Source of the DNA: Alphaproteobacteria bacterium
Lineage (GTDB): Bacteria; Pseudomonadota; Alphaproteobacteria; Bin95
Assembly: GCA_965205265.1 (NCBI GenBank)
Contig: CBDBGH010000003.1
Span: forward strand, 3,968,001-4,032,000
Reading direction: 5' to 3'
Length of the DNA stretch: 64,000 nt
Part shown: positions 11,015 through 22,641 of the stretch, piece after piece
Layout: each line of letters starts with the position of its first letter
Position numbering within the stretch: the first letter of the stretch is position 1
The notes under the pieces: model-generated
Database searches by the model: none
Told to the model about the DNA's origin: nothing
The model's input: only the letters and a program-made list of their open reading frames with translations
Program-made: the position numbers and the translations under genes

Positions 11015-11229
11015 TCCGGATCGCCCAGGTCTTCCAGAACGGCGTCCAGAAAGCCCATAAGTTCGGGGTCGTTCCGGTCCGCCGCCACCGCCAGCGCCGC
11101 TTGCCGGCGGCATTCCTCCTCGAAGCCCGGCCGCCGGCTGTCGGGGACCCAGATCTGGACGGGACGGAGCCCCTGCGCCCGCAATACTTCCCTTCGCTTG
11201 CGGACACGTTCGGCGTTCGATGAAGGCAT
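11011..11229 (-). CDS. DUF3018-type (MazE-like) antitoxin
   Basis: ERVRKRREVLRAQGLRPVQIWVPD..PGFEEECRRQA; directly upstream of the toxin. Confidence 0.85.
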   Translation of the reverse strand: MPSSNAERVRKRREVLRAQGLRPVQIWVPDSRRPGFEEECRRQAALAVAADRNDPELMGFLDAVLEDLGDPE

Positions 11230-11246
11230 GATTCACCCCGGCCCGT

Positions 11247-11260
11247 TGTTACATGTAACA
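11247..11260. promoter_or_regulatory. Putative TA operator palindrome
   Basis: Perfect palindrome tgttacatgtaaca 17 bp upstream of the antitoxin ATG; TTGACC -35-like hexamer on the minus strand at 11280-11285. Confidence 0.7.
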
Positions 11261-11300
11261 TGAAGCCGATAGTCGGAGCGGTCAAGTCTCAAGAAGCCGC

Positions 11301-11852
11301 TCAGCCGCCCCGGCCCGCGACATGCTCCTGCAGGCGGGGCATGATTTCCACGAAATTGCAGGGGCGGAAACGGTAGTCGAGCTGCCAGTGAAGGATGTCG
11401 TCCCAGGCGTCCCTGCAGGCGCCGGTGGAGCCGGGCAGGGCGAACAGGTAAGTGCCGCCGGCCGTGCCGGCCGTGGCGCGGGACTGGATGGTCGAGGCGC
11501 CGATCTTCTGGAAGCTCTGCCAGCGGAACAGCTCGCCGAAGCCGTCTATGCGCTTCTCATAGACGCCCTCGAAGGCTTCGGGCGTAACGTCCCGCCCGGT
11601 AAGTCCCGTGCCGCCGGTCGCAATCACGCAGTCGATTTCGGGATCGTCGATCCAGCGCCGCAGGGCCGCCCGGATGGCGTCGATCTCGTCGCGGACGATG
11701 GCGCGGTCCGCGAGTATGTGCCCGTCGCGCTCCAGCCGCCCGGCCAGCGTGTCGCCCGAGCGGTCGTCGGCCGGGCTGCGCGTGTCCGAAACGGTGAGCA
11801 CGGCGATGCGCACGGGAATGAAAGGGCGGCTCTCGTCTATCGTTCCGGGCAT
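11301..11852 (-). CDS. moaB: Molybdenum cofactor biosynthesis protein B
   Basis: [53 protein letters not shown]. Confidence 0.95.
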   Translation of the reverse strand: MPGTIDESRPFIPVRIAVLTVSDTRSPADDRSGDTLAGRLERDGHILADRAIVRDEIDAIRAALRRWIDDPEIDCVIATGGTGLTGRDVTPEAFEGVYEKRIDGFGELFRWQSFQKIGASTIQSRATAGTAGGTYLFALPGSTGACRDAWDDILHWQLDYRFRPCNFVEIMPRLQEHVAGRGG

Positions 11853-11882
11853 TGCGGGGGGTGCTTTCCGGGCGAAGGCGCG

Positions 11883-13601
11883 TCACGCATTCGGCGGGCT
11901 GCCGCTCGCGTCCGCCTGACGGATATCGAGGGACTTATAGAGCGGCGCCTCGCCGGTCGCCAGCGCGGCCAGGCTCGGCCGCTTCTGGCCCAGCCTGGCC
12001 CGATAGGCCCAGATATTCGTGAGCACATGCTCGACGAAAACCCGGGTCTCCTTGGCGGGCAGGCTCTCGATGAACAGAAGCCGGTCGTTCAGATGCCGCA
12101 CGGTCGCATTCCAGCGGCGCAGCCTGCCGGCGCCGGCATTGTAGGCGATGGCGAGATTGAGGAGGTCGCCCGACACCTCGTCCTTTTCCAGCAGCATGCT
12201 GAGATAGTTGCGCCCGAGCGTCAGGTTGAGTTCGGGCTCCAGAAGGCGCTTGAGCTTCCTGCCGGCGAAGCGCTCGCCGCCGGACACGGCATTCGCCGTC
12301 GATGGCATGAGCTGCATCAGCCCGCGCGCCCCGGCCTTGCTGGAGGCGCGGGTGTCGAAGGCGCTCTCGCGGCGCATGAAGCCCAGCAGCAGCGCCCGGT
12401 CCAGGCCGTAGCCGCCTTCCGGTTCCCAGGGCGCCAGCGGGTAGAGCGCGAGGTCGCGGGGCGCGTCGCCGCGGCCGAGCAGGCGGCGCCCGGCCAGCAG
12501 CGCCGCGCGCGGCAGGCGGGCGAATATGGACGCGGCGAGCAGGGCGCGCGTCGTGTCGGAATCGGCATCGGCGAGGGCGCGGCGCATTTCGGCCTCCGCC
12601 TCTACCGTGCGCCCCACCTCGGCCAGGGCCAGCGCGCGGACCGCCGCCGGTTCCGCGTGAATCCGCAGGCGGTCCGCATCGTCGAGCGGCGGCGGCTCGA
12701 AATTCAGCCCATGCGGCAGGCCCAGCATTTCGCGGGCCAGCATGCCGTAGAAGGTGCGCTTGTGGCGCGCCGCCTCCCGGAGCCATAGTTCGGCCTCCTC
12801 GGACCGCTCGATCCGGCGCAGCATCCTGGCCGCCCAGAACGCCCCGGCGGACGCGTTCCAGGGCGAGGCCGCGGGAGACCGCGCATGGGCCGCGAAATGC
12901 CGCGCGGCGCCCGCATGCCAACCGAGCCTGAGCGCCGCCAGCCCGGCGACCCAGTGGAGCAGCGAAACCCGGCCCTGCGCGAGCTCCGCGCGCCTCGAGG
13001 CGAGGCTGTAGGCTTCCGCATCCTTGCCGAGAAGGTAGTAGAAGAAGGCGATATCGGCGCGCAGCTTGTCGGCGTAGTCCTGCCCGAGCGCGCGATGCAC
13101 GGCCGCGTCGCGGAACAGGTTTCGCGCAAGATCGGGCCGCTCGTCCTTCAGATGCTGCTCGATGATCCGGGCATAGATCCGGCCGACGGCCGTCGGCGGT
13201 TTCCGCAGGGGCGCAGCGAGGAACACCGGCGTCGGCTTGCGCACGGGCGGATGCTTCTCCGGCGGCGGCGGCAGCGCGCCCGGCGGCCGGCGCTTGAGCG
13301 CCAGGCGCGATATGTCCTGCGCGCCCGGATGGTCGCCATAGGCCTCCAGCCAGGACCGCAATTCCTCGTAGGGCGTTACATAGTCGCGCGAGACGGCGTA
13401 GCGCCGGTAAAGGACGTGGCCCATCAGCAGCGGGTTGTCCACCTCCTTCGCCAGCGCGTCCGATTCCTCCCAGAGGTTCTCTGCCTCCAGCTGGAAAAGG
13501 CGCTGGTAGCGCTCCGTATCGGCCGGCGACAGGATCCGGAGTTCGGCGGCCCCGGCGGCGCCGCTCCAGGCCGTCAGCATGGCGAGCGCAAGGACCCTCA
13601 C
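11883..13601 (-). CDS. Soluble lytic murein transglycosylase (Slt family)
   Basis: Signal peptide, TFYGMLA, RRESAF, GARGLMQLMPSTA, AYNAGAG, FIESLPAKETRVFV; GTG start overlaps UDG stop. Confidence 0.9.
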   Translation of the reverse strand: MRVLALAMLTAWSGAAGAAELRILSPADTERYQRLFQLEAENLWEESDALAKEVDNPLLMGHVLYRRYAVSRDYVTPYEELRSWLEAYGDHPGAQDISRLALKRRPPGALPPPPEKHPPVRKPTPVFLAAPLRKPPTAVGRIYARIIEQHLKDERPDLARNLFRDAAVHRALGQDYADKLRADIAFFYYLLGKDAEAYSLASRRAELAQGRVSLLHWVAGLAALRLGWHAGAARHFAAHARSPAASPWNASAGAFWAARMLRRIERSEEAELWLREAARHKRTFYGMLAREMLGLPHGLNFEPPPLDDADRLRIHAEPAAVRALALAEVGRTVEAEAEMRRALADADSDTTRALLAASIFARLPRAALLAGRRLLGRGDAPRDLALYPLAPWEPEGGYGLDRALLLGFMRRESAFDTRASSKAGARGLMQLMPSTANAVSGGERFAGRKLKRLLEPELNLTLGRNYLSMLLEKDEVSGDLLNLAIAYNAGAGRLRRWNATVRHLNDRLLFIESLPAKETRVFVEHVLTNIWAYRARLGQKRPSLAALATGEAPLYKSLDIRQADASGSPPNA

Positions 13602-14371
13602 GGGGCGCCGGTCTCCAGCCGGGCCTTCACGGCCAGCAGGTCCCGCCAGGATTCGCGCTTGCGCGCCGGCGAACGCAGCAGGAAAGCCGGGTGGAAGGTC
13701 GGCATGACATCGATCGGCCCGTCCGGCGTCGCAAAAGCCTGCCAGCGCCCGCGCAGGCGCATGATGCCCTCCGTAGTGCCGAGCAGCGTCTTGGCGGCCG
13801 CGCCGCCGGCCAGCATCAGCACTCTCGGCGCCACCAGCGCAATCTGCCGGTCCACGAACGGACGGCAGGCTTCCACCTCCTCCGCCGAAGGCGTGCGGTT
13901 GCCCGGGGGGCGCCAATAGACGGTGTTGGCGATATAGACCTCCTCGCGGGCGAGCCCGATCGCGGCCAGCATCCGCTCCAGAAGCCGCCCGCTGGGACCG
14001 ACGAAGGGGCGGCCCTGGCGGTCCTCATCGGCGCCCGGCGCCTCGCCGACGATCATCAGGCCGGCCCCGGCGGGCCCTTCGCCGAACACGGTGTTGATGG
14101 CCGTCTTCTTCAGCGCGCAGCCGTCGAAGGCGAGCAGGCGCTCGCGGAGCGCATCCAGGTCGCCGTCCGCCGCCATATCCTGCACCGCGGGCGCCGCTGC
14201 CGCCGGGCGCGGGCGCGACGGTGCCGCCCCGGTAGCGGGGGGCGGGGAGGCCGGCGCCTTGCTTGCCGGGGGCGGGGCGAACCGGTCGAACGGCTCGAAG
14301 CCGACAACCTCGTCCACGCCCGCCTCCAATTGCCACTCCAGCGCCGCGAACAAGGGTTCCCGTTCGGTCAT
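13598..14371 (-). CDS. Uracil-DNA glycosylase, family 4
   Basis: GEAPGADED..GRPFVGPSG, RPPGNRTP, TFHPAFLLR. Confidence 0.92.
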   Translation of the reverse strand: MTEREPLFAALEWQLEAGVDEVVGFEPFDRFAPPPASKAPASPPPATGAAPSRPRPAAAAPAVQDMAADGDLDALRERLLAFDGCALKKTAINTVFGEGPAGAGLMIVGEAPGADEDRQGRPFVGPSGRLLERMLAAIGLAREEVYIANTVYWRPPGNRTPSAEEVEACRPFVDRQIALVAPRVLMLAGGAAAKTLLGTTEGIMRLRGRWQAFATPDGPIDVMPTFHPAFLLRSPARKRESWRDLLAVKARLETGAP

Positions 14372-14431
14372 GGCGCAGCCTGAATGTCCAGACTATGTTA
14401 GCGCAAAATGCGCCGGATGGAGAAGGCGGAC

Positions 14432-16075
14432 ATGGAACGCGAGAGCATGGAGTTCGATGTCGTCATCGTCGGCGGCGGCCCGGCGGGGCTGGCTGCCGCG
14501 ATACGCCTGAAACAGCTTGCGGCCGAGGCCGGCTCCGAGATTGCCGTCTGCCTGATCGAGAAAGGCTCCGAGATCGGCGCCCATATCCTCTCGGGCGCCG
14601 TTCTCGATCCGCGCGCGCTCAACGAATTGCTGCCCGACTGGCAGGAGCTCGGCGCGCCCCTGGACACGCCGGTCAGGGAGGACCGGTTCTTTCTGCTCGG
14701 CGAGAAACGTGCCTTCCGGGTGCCGGGCCCGCTCCTGCCGCCGACATTGCGCAACCACGGCAACCATATCGTCAGCCTCGGCAATGTCTGTCGCTGGATG
14801 GCCGAACAGGCCGAGGCGCTCGAGGTGGAAATCTATCCCGGTTTCGCCGCCGCCGAAGTGCTTTACCGCGAGGACGGGTCGGTGGCCGGCGTGGCGACGG
14901 GCGACATGGGCATCGGGCGCGACGGCGATCCCAGGGCGACGCCTGAGCCCGGCATAGAGCTGCGCGCCAGATACACGATGTTCGCCGAGGGCTGCCGGGG
15001 CTCGCTCGGCAAGCAGCTCATGGACCGCTTCGACCTCCGGCGGGACTGCCAGCCGCAGACCTACGGCATCGGCATCAAGGAGCTGTGGGACGTCGATCCG
15101 GCGGTCCACGAACCGGGGCTGGTGGTCCATACCGCCGGCTGGCCGATGGACGGGCGCACCTATGGCGGGTCCTTCCTCTACCATCTGGCGGGCGGGCAGG
15201 TGGCGGTCGGCTTCGTCATCGCTCTCGATTACCGCAATCCCTGGCTCAGCCCCTTCGACGAGTTCCAGCGCTACAAGACCCACCCGAAAATCCGCCCCTT
15301 CTTCGAAGGCGGGCAGCGCGTCGCCTATGGCGCCCGCGCCGTGAACGAAGGCGGGATACAGGCGCTGCCGAAGCTCGTGTTTCCCGGCGGCGCGCTGATC
15401 GGCTGCGAGGCGGGGTTCCTCAATGTGCCGCGCATCAAGGGCAGCCACGGCGCCATGAAGACCGGCATGCTGGCCGCCGAGGCAGCCTTCCGGCGTCTGT
15501 CGGAGGGTTCGGAAGGGGGCGACGAACTCACGGCCTATCCGGAGGCCTTCCGCGCGTCCTGGCTGCATGACGAACTCCACCGGGCGCGCAATGTCCGCCC
15601 CGGTTTCCGCTGGGGCCTTGCGGCCGGGATGCTCCATGCGGGCTTCGACCAGATGCTGCTGCGCGGCCGGGCGCCATGGACGCTGCGCCATCACAGCACG
15701 GACCATGCCGCCACCGGCCGCCGGGACGACCACGAGCCGATCGAATACCCGAAGCCGGACGGGGTGGTGTCCTTCGACAAGCCGTCCTCGGTCTATCTTT
15801 CCGGCACCAACCACGAAGAGGACCAGCCGGTCCATCTGGTGCTGAAGGATGCGGAGATCCCCATCCGGGTCAATCTCGCCGAATTCGATGCGCCCGAGCA
15901 GCGCTACTGCCCGGCCGGGGTTTACGAGATCGTTGAGGACGGCGGCGGCCCGCGCCTCCAGATCAATGCGCAGAACTGCGTCCACTGCAAGACCTGCGAC
16001 ATCAAGGACCCGACCCAGAACATCGTCTGGACAGTGCCGGAAGGCGGCGGCGGACCCAACTATCCGAACATGTGA
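14432..16075 (+). CDS. Electron transfer flavoprotein-ubiquinone oxidoreductase
   Basis: [59 protein letters not shown]. Confidence 0.95.
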   Translation: MERESMEFDVVIVGGGPAGLAAAIRLKQLAAEAGSEIAVCLIEKGSEIGAHILSGAVLDPRALNELLPDWQELGAPLDTPVREDRFFLLGEKRAFRVPGPLLPPTLRNHGNHIVSLGNVCRWMAEQAEALEVEIYPGFAAAEVLYREDGSVAGVATGDMGIGRDGDPRATPEPGIELRARYTMFAEGCRGSLGKQLMDRFDLRRDCQPQTYGIGIKELWDVDPAVHEPGLVVHTAGWPMDGRTYGGSFLYHLAGGQVAVGFVIALDYRNPWLSPFDEFQRYKTHPKIRPFFEGGQRVAYGARAVNEGGIQALPKLVFPGGALIGCEAGFLNVPRIKGSHGAMKTGMLAAEAAFRRLSEGSEGGDELTAYPEAFRASWLHDELHRARNVRPGFRWGLAAGMLHAGFDQMLLRGRAPWTLRHHSTDHAATGRRDDHEPIEYPKPDGVVSFDKPSSVYLSGTNHEEDQPVHLVLKDAEIPIRVNLAEFDAPEQRYCPAGVYEIVEDGGGPRLQINAQNCVHCKTCDIKDPTQNIVWTVPEGGGGPNYPNM

Positions 16076-16084
16076 GGGCGGGCG

Positions 16085-17668
16085 ATGCGCGCCTTTCTTC
16101 TGGCACTTGCGCTCCTGTTCTCGGCCGCCTGCCGTCCGCAGGCTGCGCCGGCCCTGACGGACTGGCTGGCCGCGGGCTATGCGGAGCAGCAATTCGACCT
16201 CGCCGCAGCCATCGATTTCTACCGGCGCGCGCTCGAAGCGGACCCGGGCAATTTCAAGGTGCAGGGCCGCCTGCTGCGGATGAGAATCGCGGCCGGCGAT
16301 GCCGGGGCGAGCCTGGCTCTTGCGCGGCGGATGAACGAATCCCTCCCGGCCCGCGGGCTCGGCAGAGAGGCGGCGCTGGCTAGCGCGCTTATGGCACTGC
16401 GCCTCGCAGTGGACGACATAGGCCGGGAAGACTGGCCGGCAGCGGCCGCGCGGCTCGAAGGACCGGCGGGCAAAGCTGTACCGGAGGTGCTCAAACTGCT
16501 TTCCCTTGCCTGGCTGCGCCATGCAGCGGGCGATGCGTCCGGCTCGGAAGACGCGCTTTCGAGGACCGGGAAGCTCCGCGGGGTTTCGGGCTGGGAGACT
16601 CTGCACCGCGCCCTGCTCCTGCATGCAGCAGGCCGGACGGAAGAGGCGCGCGACGTATTCGAGCGCATCCGCCGGTCGGGCGTCGGGCTGCAATTGCTGC
16701 GCTACCGCCGCGCGGGCGGGCCGTTCCTTACCGGGGACGCCGACGACGCCGGCTTCCTGGCCTCGACGCCGTCCGAGGGCATCGCTCTGGCGCTTTACGG
16801 CATAGCCGAACGGCTGCATCGACGCCGTGTCGCCCTGGCCCTGATCTATGCCCGGCTCGCGGCGATGCTCGAACCGGACCGCCATGCCGCCCCGGTGCTG
16901 GCCGGGGACGTTCTCGCGGACCGGGGCAGGCACGACGAAGCCGCAGCGGCCTATCGGTCGGTGCCCGCCGGCTCGGCCTGGCGGCTCGCGGCGCGGGCGG
17001 GCCTGGCGAGGGCCTATGCCTCCCGGGACCGTCTCGACGAGGCGGTCGCGCTTCTGGAAGCGGAGGCCGCGGCCCGCCCGGACGACCCCTTCGCGCTCGG
17101 CGAGCTCGGCCGCCTGCTGCGCCGCGAGGAGCGGTTCAAGGACGCCGTCGGTGCCTATGACCGTGCGATCGCCCGGATCGAGGGACAGGCCGGTTTTGCG
17201 CATTGGCGGCTTTATTACGGGCGCGGGATCGCGCTTGAGCGCACCGGCCGCTGGGAGCTTGCGGAGCGCGACCTCCTGAAGGCGCTGGAATTCGCGCCCG
17301 ACGACGCCTATGTGCTGAACTATCTCGGCTATTCCTGGATCGATCGCGGCGAGCATTACGACCGGGCCGAAGAGATGGTCGCCAAGGCCGTCGGCCTCCG
17401 GCCGCGGGACGGTTATATCGCGGACAGTCTGGGCTGGGTCTATTTCCGTACAGGGCGCTACCGCAGGGCCGTCGAGGAATTGGAGCGCGCCGCGGCGCTG
17501 GAGCCGCTGGACCCGGTGGTGAACGAACATCTGGGCGATGCCTACTGGAAGACGGGGCGCCGCGTCGAAGCCCGGTTCCAGTGGCGCCGCGCGCTGGAGT
17601 TCGACCCGGAGCCCGAGCGCGTCGACGGGCTGCGCCGGCGGCTCGACTGCGGACTCGACTGCGGCTGA
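16085..17668 (+). CDS. Tetratricopeptide repeat protein, possible lipoprotein
   Basis: Signal with SAAC; LNYLGYSW, DSLGWVYF, EHLGDAYW..GR..EARFQW; usual position between ETF-QO and ispE. Confidence 0.85.
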   Translation: MRAFLLALALLFSAACRPQAAPALTDWLAAGYAEQQFDLAAAIDFYRRALEADPGNFKVQGRLLRMRIAAGDAGASLALARRMNESLPARGLGREAALASALMALRLAVDDIGREDWPAAAARLEGPAGKAVPEVLKLLSLAWLRHAAGDASGSEDALSRTGKLRGVSGWETLHRALLLHAAGRTEEARDVFERIRRSGVGLQLLRYRRAGGPFLTGDADDAGFLASTPSEGIALALYGIAERLHRRRVALALIYARLAAMLEPDRHAAPVLAGDVLADRGRHDEAAAAYRSVPAGSAWRLAARAGLARAYASRDRLDEAVALLEAEAAARPDDPFALGELGRLLRREERFKDAVGAYDRAIARIEGQAGFAHWRLYYGRGIALERTGRWELAERDLLKALEFAPDDAYVLNYLGYSWIDRGEHYDRAEEMVAKAVGLRPRDGYIADSLGWVYFRTGRYRRAVEELERAAALEPLDPVVNEHLGDAYWKTGRRVEARFQWRRALEFDPEPERVDGLRRRLDCGLDCG

Positions 17669-17673
17669 CCCCG

Positions 17674-18468
17674 ATGCTGCGCGAGCCGGCGCCGGCGAAG
17701 GTCAACCTCTATCTGCATATCGTCGGGCGGCGCGCGGACGGGCTGCATCTGCTGGAAAGCCTGGTCGCCTTCGCCGAGCCGGCCGACATGCTTTACGCCG
17801 AACCCGCGGACCGCCTCAGCCTGGAGGTCGCCGGGCCGTTCGCAGGCGCGCTGGCGGGCGAGGCGGACAATCTGGTGCTGCGGGCGGCAAGGGCGCTGGC
17901 GCCGGGGCAGGGCGCCCGGCTGGTGCTGGAGAAGAACCTGCCGGTGGCGGCGGGGCTCGGCGGCGGCTCCGCGGATGCGGCCGCCGCGCTCCGGCTGCTC
18001 TCGCGGCTGTGGGGCGTGGCGGCCGACCTGGAGGCCCTGGCGGCCGGGCTCGGCGCGGACGTGCCGGTCTGCCTCGCCGGGGGCACAACCGGCGTCGCAG
18101 GCATCGGCGAGCGGCTCACACCCCTGCCGGGCTGGCCCGCACCGCCTCTGCTGCTCGCCAATCCGGGCATCGTCCTGCCGACGCCCGGCGTGTTCGGCGC
18201 GCGGCGCGGTCCCTTCCGGGAAAGCCGGCCGTGGCCGGAGACGATGGCGGACCTCGCCGGTTGCGCGAACGACCTGACGGACGCCGCCATATCGCTGGCG
18301 CCGGAGATCGCCGGCACGCTGGCGGCGCTCTCAGCGCTCGACGGCGCGCTGTTCGCCCGCATGTCCGGCAGCGGCGCCACCTGCTTCGCCGCCTTCGCCG
18401 AAAAGGACGCCCGCGACCGGGCGCGCGAGGCGCTCCGCGAGAGCCGCCCGGACTGGTGGATCGCCTGA
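17674..18468 (+). CDS. ispE: 4-diphosphocytidyl-2-C-methyl-D-erythritol kinase
   Basis: APAKVNLYLHI, KNLPVAAGLGGGSADAAA, LGADVPVC, MSGSGATCF. Confidence 0.95.
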   Translation: MLREPAPAKVNLYLHIVGRRADGLHLLESLVAFAEPADMLYAEPADRLSLEVAGPFAGALAGEADNLVLRAARALAPGQGARLVLEKNLPVAAGLGGGSADAAAALRLLSRLWGVAADLEALAAGLGADVPVCLAGGTTGVAGIGERLTPLPGWPAPPLLLANPGIVLPTPGVFGARRGPFRESRPWPETMADLAGCANDLTDAAISLAPEIAGTLAALSALDGALFARMSGSGATCFAAFAEKDARDRAREALRESRPDWWIA

Positions 18469-18474
18469 GCGGGG

Positions 18475-19404
18475 CTACCGGTTCAGGAAATTGAGGGGGA
18501 GGCCGGGGCGGGGCCATTGCGTGGAGACCAGCCGGCCGGACATGGAGAGGGTGACGAAGGCGGTGCGGAGGTCCGGCCCGCCGAAGGCGATGTTGGTGGT
18601 CACCGGGTCCGGCATGGGCACATGCGCCGCCGCGCCGCCGTCCGGCGGGATGACGGTGATGCCGCCATTCTGGATCGTGGCGACGCAGATGCGGCCGTCT
18701 GCCTCGATGGCGAGCGAGTCGAAAAATTGCAGGCCGGGCGCGCCGTGGAGGCAGCGGCCGCGATGGCCGCGCACGGTCCTGCCGCCCGAGCCGGCAATGA
18801 CGCCCGGCGCCTCGAGGTCGAAGGCGATGAGCCGCGCCGTTTCGGTCTCGGCGACATAGACGCGGTCCTCCTCCGGCGAGAGGCCGACGCCGTTCGGCGC
18901 ATGGAGCGGCCAGACGGCCTCGCGGGCCGGCCCGCCGTCCGCCGGCGCGTAGAAAAGCCCGGTCACGTCCCGCACGCGCCCGCGGTCCTTGCCATGATCG
19001 GTGAACCAGAGGCCGCCCGTGCGGTCGAAGACGAGGTCGTTCGGGCCCTTGAGCGGTTCGCCCCCGCAGTCGCGCCAGACGGTCTCGACCGCGCCGGTTT
19101 GCAGGTCGATGCGCTGGATCGATCCACCCTCATAGTCGCGCGCGCAGCCGATCGGGAAGAGCCTACCGTCGCGGTCGAACCACTCCATGCCGCCATTGTT
19201 GCAGACCCAGAGCCTGCCGTCGGGACCGAGCGCGGCGCCGTTGGGGCCGCCGCCGGTCTCCGCAACGACCGACCGCGCGCCGTCCGGCGCGATGCGCGCA
19301 ATGCGCCCGGCCGCGATCTCGCAGACCAGCACATCGCCGCCGGGCAGGACCACCGGCCCCTCGGGAAACCGGAGTCCGCCTGCAATCTCGCTCAGTGCCG
19401 CCAT
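18475..19404 (-). CDS. SMP-30/gluconolactonase family protein
   Basis: GLRFPEGP, GGPNG, PNDLVFD..GGLWFTD, PNGVGLSP, TNIAFGG. Confidence 0.88.
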   Translation of the reverse strand: MAALSEIAGGLRFPEGPVVLPGGDVLVCEIAAGRIARIAPDGARSVVAETGGGPNGAALGPDGRLWVCNNGGMEWFDRDGRLFPIGCARDYEGGSIQRIDLQTGAVETVWRDCGGEPLKGPNDLVFDRTGGLWFTDHGKDRGRVRDVTGLFYAPADGGPAREAVWPLHAPNGVGLSPEEDRVYVAETETARLIAFDLEAPGVIAGSGGRTVRGHRGRCLHGAPGLQFFDSLAIEADGRICVATIQNGGITVIPPDGGAAAHVPMPDPVTTNIAFGGPDLRTAFVTLSMSGRLVSTQWPRPGLPLNFLNR

Positions 19405-19468
19405 GTCGCGCGCGCCCCTCCCCTTCGCTATACTCGCCGGCCGCAACGCGCAAGGAGCGGCCCCACTC

Positions 19469-21541
19469 ATGGACGGAAGCCCGACCATCCATTTCAGCGC
19501 CTGCCCGCACGATTGCCCTTCGACCTGCGCGCTCGAGGTCGAACGCTTCGACGCGCACAGCATCGGCCGCGTCCGGGGCGCCCGCGAAAACGACTACACC
19601 GCCGGCGTGGTCTGCGCAAAGGTCGCGCGCTACGCCGAGCGCATCCACCACCCGGACCGCCTGCTCCATCCGATGGTCCGCACCGGCCCCAAGGGCTCGG
19701 GCAGGTTCGAGCGAATTTCCTGGGACAAGGCGCTCGACCTCTGCGCCGAGAAGTTCCTGGAGGCCGAGGCGAAGCACGGGCCGGAGACCGTCTGGCCCTA
19801 TTATTACGCCGGCACGATGGGCCTGGTGCAGCGCGACGGCATCAACCGCCTCCGCCACGCCAAGCGTTATTCCGGCTTCCACGCCACCATCTGCACCACG
19901 CTCGCCTGGAACGGCTTCATCGCCGGCACCGGCAGGCTCGCCGGCTCCGACCCGCGCGAGATGGCGAAGGCCGACCTGCTCGTGATCTGGGGCACCAACG
20001 CCGCCGCCACCCAGGTGAACGTGATGACGCACGCGGTCCGCGCCCGCAAGGAAAGGGGGGCGCGCATCGTCGTCATCGACGTCTATCGCAACGAGACGGC
20101 GAAGCAGGCCGACCGCTTCCTCTGCGTGCGGCCCGGCACGGACGGCGCGCTCGCCTGCGCGGTCATGCATGTGCTGTTCCGCGACGGCCATGCCGACCGG
20201 GAATACATGGAGGCGATGACCGACGCGCCGGCGGAACTGGAAGCGCATCTGGCGAGCCGCACGCCCGAATGGGCGGAGGCGATCTGCGGCGTGCCGGCCG
20301 CCGAGATCGAGGCGCTGGCCGGCGAAATCGGGCAGACGAAACGCACCTATCTGCGCCTCGGCTACGGCTTTTCGCGCCAGCGCAACGGCGCGGTCAACAT
20401 GCACGCCGCCTCCTGCATCGCGGCGGTGACCGGGGCCTGGAAATACGAGGGCGGCGGCGCCTTCCACAATAACGGCGCGATCTACGGCTGGGACAAGTCG
20501 CTGATCGAGGGGCTGGACATGCGCGACCCGACCGTGCGCCTGCTCGACCAGACGCGCATCGGCCCGGTGCTGACCGGCAATCCCGCCGACCTCCAGGGCG
20601 GCCCGCCGGTGACGGCGATGCTGATCCAGAACACCAACCCGATGATGGTGGCGCCCGAGCACCTGCTCGTGCGCGCCGGCTTCGAGCGCGAGGACCTGTT
20701 TGCCTGCGTGCATGAGCAGTTCATGACCGCGACGGCCGGGATGGCCGACCTGGTGCTGCCGGCCACCATGTTCCTCGAGCATGACGACATCTACCAGGGC
20801 GGCGGGCACAGCTATGTCATCGCCGGGCCGAAGATCGTCGAGCCGCCGGGCGAATGCCGGTCCAACCACGAGGTGACGGCGGCGCTCGCAAAGCGGCTCG
20901 GGGTCGATCATCCGGGCTATGCGATGACCGCCGCCGAGGTGGCCGACGCCACGCTCCGCCGCTCCGGCTATCCGGGCTTCGAGGAGTTGAAGTCCGAACG
21001 CTGGACGGACGCCCAGCCGGACTTCCGCGCGGCGCATTACCTGGACGGCTTCGCCTGGCCGGACGGCAGGTTCCGCTTCAAGCCGGACTGGGGGGCCTTC
21101 GCGCCGCGCGCCCACAATATCGCCGCCGGCATGCCCGGCCTGCCGGACCACTGGGACGCCATCGAGAACGCGACCGAGGACAAGCCGTTCCGCATGGCGA
21201 CCTCGCCGGCGCGCGGCTATCTCAACTCCTCCTTCACCGAGACGCCGACCTCGCAGCAGCGCGAGGGGCGGCCGACGGTGATGATCCATCCCGAGGACGC
21301 CCGGGAGCTCGGCATATCGGACGGCGGGCGCACGCGGGTCGGCAACGACAAGGCGTCGGTCGTCGTCCGCGCCCGGCATTTCGACGGGGTGAGGCGGGGC
21401 GTCGTCGTGGTGGAGAGCATCTGGCCGCATGAGGCGTTCGAGGAGGGGCTCGGCATCAACGCGCTCACCTCCGCCGATGCGGCCCCGCCCGTCGGCGGCG
21501 GCGTGTTCCACGACACGGCGGTCTGGGTGCGCGCCGCCTGA
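19469..21541 (+). CDS. Molybdopterin-dependent oxidoreductase (DMSO reductase superfamily)
   Basis: CPHDCPSTC...VCAK Fe-S motif, [29 protein letters not shown]-terminal IHPEDA; substrate unknown. Confidence 0.88.
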   Translation: MDGSPTIHFSACPHDCPSTCALEVERFDAHSIGRVRGARENDYTAGVVCAKVARYAERIHHPDRLLHPMVRTGPKGSGRFERISWDKALDLCAEKFLEAEAKHGPETVWPYYYAGTMGLVQRDGINRLRHAKRYSGFHATICTTLAWNGFIAGTGRLAGSDPREMAKADLLVIWGTNAAATQVNVMTHAVRARKERGARIVVIDVYRNETAKQADRFLCVRPGTDGALACAVMHVLFRDGHADREYMEAMTDAPAELEAHLASRTPEWAEAICGVPAAEIEALAGEIGQTKRTYLRLGYGFSRQRNGAVNMHAASCIAAVTGAWKYEGGGAFHNNGAIYGWDKSLIEGLDMRDPTVRLLDQTRIGPVLTGNPADLQGGPPVTAMLIQNTNPMMVAPEHLLVRAGFEREDLFACVHEQFMTATAGMADLVLPATMFLEHDDIYQGGGHSYVIAGPKIVEPPGECRSNHEVTAALAKRLGVDHPGYAMTAAEVADATLRRSGYPGFEELKSERWTDAQPDFRAAHYLDGFAWPDGRFRFKPDWGAFAPRAHNIAAGMPGLPDHWDAIENATEDKPFRMATSPARGYLNSSFTETPTSQQREGRPTVMIHPEDARELGISDGGRTRVGNDKASVVVRARHFDGVRRGVVVVESIWPHEAFEEGLGINALTSADAAPPVGGGVFHDTAVWVRAA

Positions 21542-22641
21542 TGGCCGTTGCGCTCGAAGCGGTCGCGGCCGCGACCGAAGGGCGCTTGCACGGCGACGGA
21601 GGGTTTGCGGTCGAGCGCCTGGTGCATCCCGTCGAGGCGCGCGGGGCCGGCGACCTCATCTTCCTGATGGAGGCGCGCCATGCCGCCATGCTGGCGGAGT
21701 TGCCCGTTCGCGCCGCCGTGCTGCCGCAGGGGTCGGAGCCGCCCGGGGGCGCGCTCGACGCCTGGGTCGAGGTGGAGGCGCCGCGCTATGCGCTGGCCGG
21801 GCTGGTGGCGCTGTTCGAGCCGGGCCCGCATGCGCCGCCGGGGGTGCATCCGACAGCGGATGTCGCCGGGGACGCCGTGCTGGGCGCGGGCGTCTCGCTC
21901 GGGCCGTTCGTCTCGATAGGGCCGGGGGCGGAGATCGGCGCGGGCGCGCGCATCCTTTCGCATGCGTCCATCGGGGCAGGGGCGCGCCTCGGGCCCGACT
22001 GCCTGGTCCATGCCGGCGCGCGTGTCGGCGAAGGCGCGGTGCTGGGCGCGCGGGTGATCCTGCAGGCCGGCGCGGTCATCGGCGCGGACGGTTTCAGCTA
22101 TGTGACGCACGGGCCGGCCTCCTTCGAGGTGGCGCGGCGTTCCGGGGACTATCACGGCGTCGTAAACGAGCGCGTCCGGCGCATCGGCTCGCTCGGCCGG
22201 GTCGAGCTCGGCGATGATGTCGAGGTCGGCGCCAACAGCTGCATAGACCGCTCCAATATCGGGGCGACCCGCATCGGCGCGCGCACCAAGATCGACAATC
22301 TCTGCCAGATCGGCCACAACATCGTCATCGGCGAAGACTGCCTGATTTCCGGCAAGACCGGCATCGCCGGCAGCACGCGGATCGGCGACCGGGTGGTGCT
22401 GGGGGGCGCGGCCATGCTCGCCGACCATATCGAGATCGGCGACGACGCCGTGGTCGGCGGCGCCGCGGCCGTCTGGAAGTCCGTGCCGCCCGGCCAGGTC
22501 TGGGTCGGCTATCCGGCCAGGCCCAAATCCGTTTATCTGGCGGCCCAGGCGCATCTGGCGCGCATGGGCCGCGTCGCCACCCAGCTCCGCCGCCTCGCCG
22601 CTCGCGTGCTCACCCTCGAAGGCGGCTCCGGCCGGGGCTGA
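21541..22641 (+). CDS. lpxD: UDP-3-O-(3-hydroxyacyl)glucosamine N-acyltransferase
   Basis: Hexapeptide repeats, [43 protein letters not shown]. Confidence 0.92.
   Translation: MAVALEAVAAATEGRLHGDGGFAVERLVHPVEARGAGDLIFLMEARHAAMLAELPVRAAVLPQGSEPPGGALDAWVEVEAPRYALAGLVALFEPGPHAPPGVHPTADVAGDAVLGAGVSLGPFVSIGPGAEIGAGARILSHASIGAGARLGPDCLVHAGARVGEGAVLGARVILQAGAVIGADGFSYVTHGPASFEVARRSGDYHGVVNERVRRIGSLGRVELGDDVEVGANSCIDRSNIGATRIGARTKIDNLCQIGHNIVIGEDCLISGKTGIAGSTRIGDRVVLGGAAMLADHIEIGDDAVVGGAAAVWKSVPPGQVWVGYPARPKSVYLAAQAHLARMGRVATQLRRLAARVLTLEGGSGRG

Noticed and set aside
14393-17530. 1045-aa minus-strand ORF and similar long shadow ORFs (5851-8166, 19163-21511, 28232-30220, 41588-44197)
   Set aside because: Antisense to well-supported genes; expected from stop-codon scarcity at high GC; no motifs
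17642-17665. ctcgactgcgg duplicated at the TPR gene end (LDCGLDCG)
   Set aside because: A single short slippage duplication; no support for a functional Cys motif
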